From Felis catus (Eukaryota), in assembly GCF_018350175.1 (NCBI RefSeq), contig NC_058369.1, positions 2,296,001 through 2,360,000 on the forward strand: a stretch of 64,000 nucleotides of DNA, read 5' to 3'. Positions 55,481 to 64,000 of the stretch are shown here, in pieces. A program made the position numbers and the translations under genes. Below the pieces are notes generated by a model. The model saw only the letters and a list, made by a program, of their open reading frames with translations. It made no database searches and was not told where the DNA came from. Position 1 is the stretch's first letter. Each line of letters opens with the position of its first letter.

Positions 55481-58336
55481 GCCTACCGCCCCCGCCCCCA
55501 GCCGAGCTCCTGGGCCACCAGCCAGGCCTGTCCCCTCCTGAGGGCCAGGGCTCTCAGGTGACCTCGGAGCCTCTGTTCCTGCCAAGGTTGGCGGTGAGCC
55601 CCCCTCAGAAGAATCACACACGTTAACTTCCACCTGGGAACGTGGGGAGGCCTCCCCCTTGTTCTAGCGCCCCCCACCGTGACCTTAAGACTTGCGCGCC
55701 TCTCTCTGAGCCTCGGTTTGCTCACCTGTATTGTGAGATAGTTGGGCAAGACTTGTTCGTGAAACCAGTGTGCTGGCTCTCTGCTGTCCCGTGTGTGAGC
55801 AGCCAGGCCGGGCCATGATGGGGACTCAAGGAGGGGTTCCCCAGATTGGGAAACGGGGCGTGTGGGAGGCCCACAGAGCAGAGCACTCTCAGCCCCCTGT
55901 AGTCAGATGGAGGTAGAAACGGGACTGTGGGTGGGGGCAGAGACAGAGCCGGGAGGGAGGTCCCTGCTTGGGAAGTTGGGAAGGCTTCCTGGATGTCAGA
56001 TGGGGGTGTGTAAGCTGGGGTTCTGCAGAATGCATAGGAGTTGCCTCATTTGAGCAGTGCATGTGTAGTCCGGGACTGGGTGGCCAGTGTCGGGAGGCAC
56101 TAGGATTGGCTGAAGGCTCCCAACCCCGGCTGCTGCTTCTGAAAGAAAAGAAGGGGCCTCAGGCAGTCCAGGATGGCCCCTGCTCGGTGGGTTTCCTCAC
56201 CTGGAACCCCAGGTGGGTGACAGAATCTTCTAATACACTAACACACACGCTCCCTTCCCCCTACATTTTTGATGATGCATTAAAATGGCTCAGCCGGTAG
56301 AGCCTTCGACTCTTGATCCCTGGGTCCTGAGTTCGAGCCCCGTCTCGGGCGTAGAGATTTGCTTTTAAAAAATGTGATCAGATCCCATCCTTCCCTCTGC
56401 TTAAAAATCTTCCAGAGCTCCCCATCACCCTCAGAATAAAATCCAAATTCCCACCTGTGTCTGCATGGGCTGACCCCTGTCCTCTCCTGCCCTCACCTCC
56501 TCCCTCTCTCCCCATCACTCCCACTTCCCTCCAGCTTCTCAGCCCTCTTGGTTGTTACCTCTAACAGACCAGGTAAAGCCCTGCCCCAGGACCTTTGCAT
56601 GCACTGTTTCCTTTGCCTGGATCACGGCTGACCCTTCTCTCCCTTCCAGTCTTGGATGGAACATCACATCCTAGTGAGGCCTGGTCCAGCCAGCCTGCTA
56701 CAACAGCCCTCAACCTCCCTACTTGGTCAGCCCTCTCACTTTATTTCCTTCGGTAAAGTCTCATCCCTCTCTGGACGCTGATTATTTTACGGTCGGCCCA
56801 GGCCCAACACAGTGCCTGCCCCTTATATTTGCTGGGAGGATGAAGAGGCAAGCCTAGGGAGGGGCAGAACCCCTTCCAGGTCACCCAGTATTCATATTCG
56901 GGGCAGGGATCCAGAGTCCCTGACCTCCTGCCCATTGCTAACCTAGCCTGCAGGGGTCAGCGGCCACCTGAGGTCACGCCTCCCTTGGAGGCCTGGGTTC
57001 AAATCTGACTTTGCTGCTGTGCCACCGTGATTCTGTAAACTGAGAGGAACAATAGGACCTTCCTTGTGTTGTCATAGGATCAAACAGCTGGATGGGGAGG
57101 CTGGCTTTGCCTGTCCTGTGAGTGTGTGCAGGGGGGAAGCAGGGCGGGACCTGGCCCAAAAAGGCAACCTCTATTTGGGGCTCTCCTGGTCCCAGACCCC
57201 ACACCACACGCAGGGGCCCTCCACCCCAAGTCTGGGCCTCACCCTCTACACCTCCCACCCCCGCTCCCGGCATCTCTGCGAACCCCGTCTCCATCCCTAC
57301 TCTTGGGGGGCTCCTGCTGGACCCCAGATTCGCCCAGTCCCCAGCAGGCATCGCACAGACGTGTGTGTGGAACATACTGTGTGGCCCAACCGGAAGCTTA
57401 CTCTCCCAGCTTCAGGTTTGCTGGGAGCCCTTTCTCCCCGGGCCTCAGTTTGCTCATCTTGAAAAGGGGGTGAGCCAGCCTTTGATAATGGTACCTCCTG
57501 CCCTTACTGCAGGGCCAGCTGGATTATTCCCTTTACTTTGTGCGGGAACCTGCAACAGAATAGCAGTCCTCCCGCCTCTGGGCTTTTGCCCTCTTGGTTC
57601 CCTAGGCCTGCAGCCCCTCCCCCCCATCTCCCTCCCCTCCTCCCCCCACAGGCTCCTGCCATCCAAGTCTCGGCTGAGATGTCACCTCCACAGAGAGAGG
57701 CCTCTGTCATTCGCCGTCTCCAGCCCCTGTTGGATCTTCCTTTGTGGCATTTGGTCTGTGAAATCATCTTATTTTCTTATTTGCTGGTTTATTATCTGTC
57801 TTCCTAGACGCTGTGGGCTCCACCACGGTCAAGAGCAGCTCTGTCCTGGGTCCCTGGGCACCCACCCCAGGGTCTATTACACAGCAGGCGTCCAATAAAT
57901 GCTGGTGACCAGTGGGTCTGGCTGCAGGGCAGGGTGGAGTGGAAGCGGCCAGGCCCAGAGACGCCTAGGGACCTGTGCGGGGTCACACAGCGCCAAGCTC
58001 ACTCAGGGTGGGCTGCCGTTCAGGGGCCCGGGGGCCATCCCCGCCCCGCGTCCCAGGTCGGCCGGACCGTGTGCCATGTAGCCCGCCGCCCAGGCCGGGA
58101 AACCCACCATTAACCGCGCGGGCCGGGCCTGCACGTTACCCAACAGGCCCGGTCAGGCCCAGCAGGGCACCGGGAGCGCGGGGCCCCGCCCCTCCTCGGG
58201 GCCGGGATCGGGAAGCGGGGAGGGGAGGAAAAGGGAGGAGGGGAGTGGGGCGCGGGGAGGAGGAAACGCTGGGGACCCGGGGAGGAGGCGGAGGGTGGGC
58301 AGGAGGGAAGGGTGAAGGGGACCGGGGAGAGAGGGG

Positions 58337-58337
<1 letters not shown>

Positions 58338-58377
<40 letters not shown>
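58338..58377 (+). repeat. Poly-G run (40 nt) within a G-rich tract at about 58200-58700
   Basis: Read directly from the sequence. Confidence 0.9.
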
Positions 58378-58378
<1 letters not shown>

Positions 58379-59562
58379 GGGGGAGGGGAGGGGGGGGGGA
58401 GGGGGTGGGAGGGGGTGGGAGGGGGCGGGAGGGTCAGGGGCGGGGGAGGGGCGGGCTTCCAGGCCTGGCTGGCGCCCAGCGTCCGGGCCCTGGGGCCGGA
58501 GTGGGTGGGAGAGGAGAGGCGGTGGGTGGGGGGTGGGCATCCAGGGCGGGGGCGGCTGCGGGGCGGGGGTGGCAGGGAGGGGGCACAGAGCGGGGACACG
58601 TGGGGAGAGTAGGAAGGAGAGACAGACAGGGAGGGGAGGGAGAGCTAGAAAGACCTTGAAGGACGGTGGGGGGCGGGGCGGGTGAGGGAGAGAGACCCGG
58701 AGAGACAGAGGATCTGGGACACCCAGAGACAAGGGCGGAGACACACGGCGACAGCCCGAGAGAGACCGTCGGGGGGAGTCCTCGGCGGGCAGGGCCCTAT
58801 GGTGCCTGGGCCCCCTCCCGCCGCGTCTAAGGTCAGAACGCGTCTAAACGCGGCGCGAGCCTCCGTCTCCCCTCCAGCCTGGCCCCTCCTCCGCTCTAAC
58901 ACCTGCCGTGGCTCCCAGGCTGGCAGGCGGGGTCCGGAGGGGCTGGCTCGTGCGCCGCCATCTCGCCCGCCCGCTCGCTCGATCTTCCCCGAACACCTAC
59001 CGCGAGCCAGACACAATGCTAAGCCTGGAGATGCAGTAGTGACCACATCAGACCGAATGCTTTTGTCACAGACTCGGAGTGGGGGTCGGGGGTGGGGGAA
59101 GGGAGAACAAGGGAGTATCTGTTGCCTTAAGTTGTGCATTGTGATTGACAAAGCCAGCAAAAGAGGGAGTGTTGATGGCAGTCCCCGGCCCTGGGGACAG
59201 TGTGTTCCCGGCCAGGGAAGGGCCCTCAGGTGGTGTCCGAAAGAGGCCAGGGTGAAGGCCTGCACAAAGCAGGGAGCACTGCCTCAAGGAGCACCCCTCC
59301 CTCCCACTCCCCCCTCAGCCTTGCCTCCTGCCCTGCCCTGCCTGGCACTCCCACCCTGGAAGCCCTGCTCTCCAGGACTGGTTCCAGAAGCTTCCTCTTT
59401 CCCTTAAACAAAATGGCTAAGACCCTGGACCCTGTGGCTTGGACCTTCCTGCATCAGAACCCAGGTTCCTGGCTGTGTGCTCTTGGGCAAGTCACTGCCT
59501 CCATTTCTTTACCTGTCTAATGGTCCTTCCTTCACAGGTATTTTCAAGAATTAACTGGGAGA

Positions 59563-59918
59563 CGGGCGCCTGGCTGGCTCTGTGGGAAGAGCATGTGACT
59601 CCTGCTGTCTGGGTCGTGGGTTCGAGCCCCACATTAGGCATAGAGATTACAAAAATAAATAACTAATAAACTTAAAAAAAAAAAAAAAAGGAGGGGCGCC
59701 TGGGTGGCTCAGTCAGTTGAGTGTTGGACTTTGGCTCAGGTCATGATCTCGCGGTCCGTGAGTTCGAGACCCGTGTCGGGCTCTGTGCTGACAGCTCAGA
59801 GCCTGGAGCCTGCTTCAGATTCTGTGTCTCCCTCTCTCTCTGACCGTCCCCCATTCATGCTCTGTCTCTCTCTGTCTCAAAAATAAATAAACGTTAAAAA
59901 AAAATTAAAAAAAAAAAA
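59563..59918 (+). mobile_element. Short tRNA-derived SINE (about 59563-59690) followed by SINEC_Fc (59693-59918)
   Basis: Two heads and A-rich tails. GAATTAAC flanks the pair. Confidence 0.8.
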
Positions 59919-60721
59919 GGAATTAACAGACATGTAGTCAAAACCCTCAGCCAAGGCTGGGGCCTTAATAGATGTTCAAATCATAGCTGTTTATGATTTC
60001 TGTTATCCTGATGACTAGCTTTGGCTTCCTGATTATTTCTGGTTGCTCCTAGTGGGGCCAAGAGCTCCTTTACCCGAGGTCGGGTGACCTTCTGAGGCGC
60101 TGCCTTGTTTTGTGGCCTTGACAATCTGTTGTCCGTCTTTGGGCCACAGTTCTGTTGTCTGCGAAATGGGCAGCGTGACATTTCCGGGTCCCAGACTCCA
60201 CCAGCACTGTTTCTCCCCCAAGACTGCATCCAAGTCCAAGTTGCTGATGCCCAGAGGACTCAGGAAGGAGGAAGGCTGCAGGTGCGCCTGGCCGGCCGGA
60301 CTGTGGCCATTTCGTGGATCACGTGGGGAGTTCCAGCTCAAACCAGGAGCCGGAGGAAGAGGGCTGGCTTTCTGAGCCTCTCAGGCCTAGGAGCCGGTGG
60401 AGGTACAGAAGGGGTGTTTGGGGACAGGGGCTGGGTTCGGCTCAGGCCACAGGGGCCTGGGGGAATTCTCCAACACTGAGGACATTAGCACATTGGAGGA
60501 CAGAGTAGGGGGGCGGCTCACACCCTGATGCGCACATCCCCCTGCTAAAAAGCCCCTTCCAAAGGGGAATGATCATAGAAGGGGAGGGGCTTTTAAGAAG
60601 AAGGGACCCCCCCCCCCACAAGGGATGGGGTCTGAGAGGGGGTTGGGTGGTCAGAAATGGCTGGGTTCGTCCTGTCTGCACGGCTCCCCTCTTCTCCAGT
60701 CCTGTGCCCAAGGGCTGGGGG

Positions 60722-61025
60722 CATTGCCCCCCCTCCTCCTCTCCCTGGGCCCCTCCCTCTCAGCCTTCCCCCTTCCTGCTGTGTTCCTCCCCATCCTCCT
60801 CCAACTCCCCCTCCTCTCTCCCTAACCCCTCCCCGGCTCTTCCCTCCATTTGCTCCCCCTCCTCCTGTCCTCCCGTCCCTTCTCCACCCCTCCCTTCTCT
60901 CCCCCACCCCCCTCCCTCCACCCCTCCCTTGTCTTCCTTCCCCTTCCCTTCCCCCTCCCTAGACCCCTCCTCTCCCCCTCCCCTGCACTCTCCCCACCGC
61001 CCCCTCCGCCCCCTCCTCCCGCCTC
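60722..61025 (+). repeat. C/T-rich low-complexity tract next to a CpG island (61025-61200)
   Basis: About 300 nt that are nearly all pyrimidine. Confidence 0.85.
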
Positions 61026-61959
61026 ATTAGGCGCGGCCGCGGCGCGGGGCCCATTAGCGGATCAATTAGCCGAGGTCGCCGGCGGCGCGGTCGTTAAGCG
61101 CGGGAGGCCGCGGTGGGGAGGGGGCACCGGAGGCGGGCCCCTCCGCCCGCCCCGGCTCCGCGGCCTCGCTCGCGCACCACCTCCCCCCCCCACCGGACCT
61201 TCTTGTCAGCCTGCTCCACCGGGGGCTCCCAGATCCAAGCCCCGCAGGTGGGATTGGGCGGGGGTGCTCCGAGGCCCAAAGGGAGGCCCCCCGAGGTCCC
61301 AGATCCTCCGTGGCTGGGCAGGGCGCCCCCTTCTCCGGAGGAGACCCCTGTTTTGGGGGTGTCGGATTTGTGAGCCCCCCCCCCCCCCCCCACGAAGCCC
61401 TTCATCTGCCAGCAACATCAGTAATAATAACACCAGCTGACAGCTTGTGAGCCCTTGCAGGCTTCCTGCTAATTCTCGGGAACAGTTTCCCAGAAACTGA
61501 GATCAGACAAGTGACTTCACTTGCCTCAAATCACTAGTTAGGGTCTGAGACGGCTACAAACCCAGGTCTGCCCTCAGCAAACTGCTAACGTTTATTGAGC
61601 TGCTTCTATGTGCAAATTAGAAAAAAAAAAAAAAAATTTCAGCCAACACTCCCCATCCCTTCTCTGCCTGGCTCTCCGTCAACACACGCGCTGACACATT
61701 TTGTGTTTTCCTGGTTGTCTGTTCCAGCCAGAGGACAGGGATTTATGTCTTCTGTGTCCCTGGGGCTCACAGTAGGGCTCAATGAAGGAATGAAGGAACG
61801 TGCCAGGCTGTGCTGTAAGCATTTCCACGGATTAAATAGTATGACCTTCATAACAAGGAGTAGTATTGAGATTGTACCCATTTTACAGACAGGGAAACCA
61901 AGGTCCAGAGGGGAGAAGCCACTTGTCTAGATGGCCCAGCTATGAGAGGAAGAGCCAGG

Positions 61960-63143
61960 ATTTATTTATTTTTATTTTTTTAATGTTTATTTATTTTTGA
62001 CAGAGAGAGAAGGAGAAAGACAGAGCACGAGTGGGGGAGGAGCAGAGAGAGAGGGAGACACAGAATCCGAAGCAGGCTCCAGGCTCCGAGCCGTCAGCAC
62101 AGAGCCCGACGCGGGGCTCAAACCCACGGACCTTGAGATCATGATCTGAGCCGAAGTCGGGTGCTCAACCTACTGAGCCACCCAGGCACCCCTGAAGAGC
62201 CAGGATTTAAATTGAGGCTAGAGACCATATGCCTGGAACCACCATGTGACATATTAATGGCACCTGTTGTTCCCTGCAGGACCTGGGTGGAGGGGCCTGA
62301 GAGGACTTAAGAAACATGTCATCCAGGGACCTGGGGACACCTGGGTGGCTCAGTCGGTTAAGCCTCTGACTTCGGTTCAAGTCATGATCTCACGGTTTGT
62401 GGGTTCGAGCCCCACGTCAGGTTCTGTGCTGACAGCTCGGAGCCTGGAACCTGCTTCGGATTCTGTCTCCCTCTCTCTCTGCCCCTCCCCTGCTCGACTT
62501 GTGCTTTGTCTCTCTCCGTCTCTCAAAAATGAATAAACGTTAAAAAAAAAAAAAAAGAGAACACTGTTCCAGACAGACGGAACAACATGTGCAAAGGCCT
62601 CTAGGCAAGGAATGGTGAGATGTTTCAAGCCGGTTGCCGCCTGTGGAAGAGGGATGATTGGAGGGGTGGGGAGCAGATCCAGCTGCCACGGAGGCCACAA
62701 ATCTATTTTTTATGATTTTTTTTTTCAACGTTTATTTATTTTTGGGACAGAGAGAGACAGAGCATGAACGGGGGAGGGGCAGAGAGAGAGGGAGACACAG
62801 AATCGGAAACAGGCTCCAGGCTCTGAGCCATCAGCCCAGAGCCTGACGCGGGGCTCGAATTCACGGACCGCGAGATCGTGACCTGGCTGAAGTCGGACGC
62901 TTAACCGACTGAGCCACCCAGGCGCCCGCCTTTTTTTTTTTTTTTTAATGCTTATTTATTTATTTTGAGAGAGAAAGCACACGCACAGGAGGGGAGGGTC
63001 AGAGAGAGAGGGAGAGAATTCCAAGCAGGTTCCGCGATGTCACTGTGGAGTCCCAGGCAGGGCTCGATCTTAGGAACCGTGAGATCGTGACGTGAGCTGA
63101 ACCAGGAGTCAGTGGCTTAACCAACTGAGCCACCCAGGTGCCC
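61960..63143. mobile_element. SINEC cluster (- 61960-62192; + 62333-62557; - about 62710-62927; - about 62930-63143)
   Basis: SINEC heads and tails. TSD GAAGAGCCAGGATTTA surrounds the first copy. Confidence 0.85.
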
Positions 63144-64000
63144 GAGTTTGGGGTTTTAACCCGAGGATAAACGTTAGGCGGGGAGTGACCCCATCACACT
63201 GGCGTTTTTAGAGGTGCTCTGGCTGCGGTGGGTGCAGGGGCGCCTGGGGGGGCTCGGTCCCTGTCCCCACTTCTCTGTCTCCTCTTTGCTCAGGGACATG
63301 AGCCATTTCTTGTGCGGTGAGCAGTCCGCCTTCCCCTCTGCCCTTGGTCCCCCAAGGGAACTCACTGGATGGGGGGCAGGTGAGAATTTCTTGGACTTGA
63401 AAAGTCCCTGGGTGCCCAGGTCCCTGAGGGTGGGAATTCTACGCCCCAGCCCTCCTTGGCTGCCCCGCCCAGCCCCACCCTTAGCTTCTCCCCACATCCT
63501 GGGTGGGCAGCCTGAGGGCCTCTTGGCCCAAGCACCAGATGCACTCTGGGAACCTCCTTTCCTTCTGGCTCCCCCAGGTGGTCCCGCTCAGGGGGTGGCT
63601 CAAGGACCTTCAAGAGGTCCTGGCACGGTCACGTTCAGCTGGGGGTCTGTGTTCTCAGCTCTGGAAAAAGGGTCTTCGTGTGGGCAGTGGCAATTGATCC
63701 CGGCAGTCTGAAAGTCTGTCTCTAAGGGAAAAGAAGGCCACTTAGGAGCCCTGTGGCCTGGTGATCAGAAACCAGCTCCATTAAGCCTCCGGCACCGGGG
63801 CGTGGCTGTGTGACTTACATCCTCCAGCTGACCCTCTCTGGTCTATGCACCAAGTTCTGCAGACAGACTTACACCGACAAGCCGGACTCACCCGGGACCC
63901 TCGCTAACCCGTCCCCCATAAGGAGGGAGCTCAGACGTGAGGGAACCCCCTCCTCCCCTGGGAAGGGGGGCACCGCGGCAGCCCGCAACACAGAGGCAGG

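Noticed and set aside
57975..59407. Poly-Gly and poly-Pro ORFs
   Set aside because: They are mostly translations of G/C homopolymer and GC-rich low-complexity DNA.
51500..64000. TLE5/AES exons expected by synteny
   Set aside because: No AES-like coding sequence was recognised; it probably lies beyond the right edge.

Overview
Mammalian, GC-rich, SINE-dense genomic DNA, almost certainly from a cat (genus Felis). The evidence is carnivore SINEC_Fc-type SINEs plus an ERV-DC/RD-114-family provirus. The region is syntenic with human 19p13.3. From left to right: (1) the 5' end of a young gammaretroviral provirus on the minus strand (551-bp 5' LTR at 700-1250, tRNA-Gly primer-binding site, leader, and an open gag N-terminus that runs off the left edge and is missed by the ORF track); (2) a CpG-island promoter at about 2.2-2.8 kb, possibly of a ZNF77-like gene; (3) repeat-rich DNA with three CTCF-like motifs; (4) a complete TLE6 gene on the + strand (16 coding exons, 600 aa); (5) a complete TLE2 gene on the - strand, convergent with TLE6 (20 coding exons, 747 aa), carrying an in-frame 9-nt duplication in its WD40 region; (6) several upstream CpG islands and G/C-skewed tracts. 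Exon boundaries were read by hand and each CDS sums to a whole number of codons. Comparisons with human proteins and repeat consensus sequences are from memory, not from searches. Most long ORFs in the supplied track are GC-rich shadow ORFs or SINE-derived. No CRISPR array, rRNA or true tRNA gene was found, and no demonstrably new biological system. The provirus and the TLE2 insertion are the best leads.
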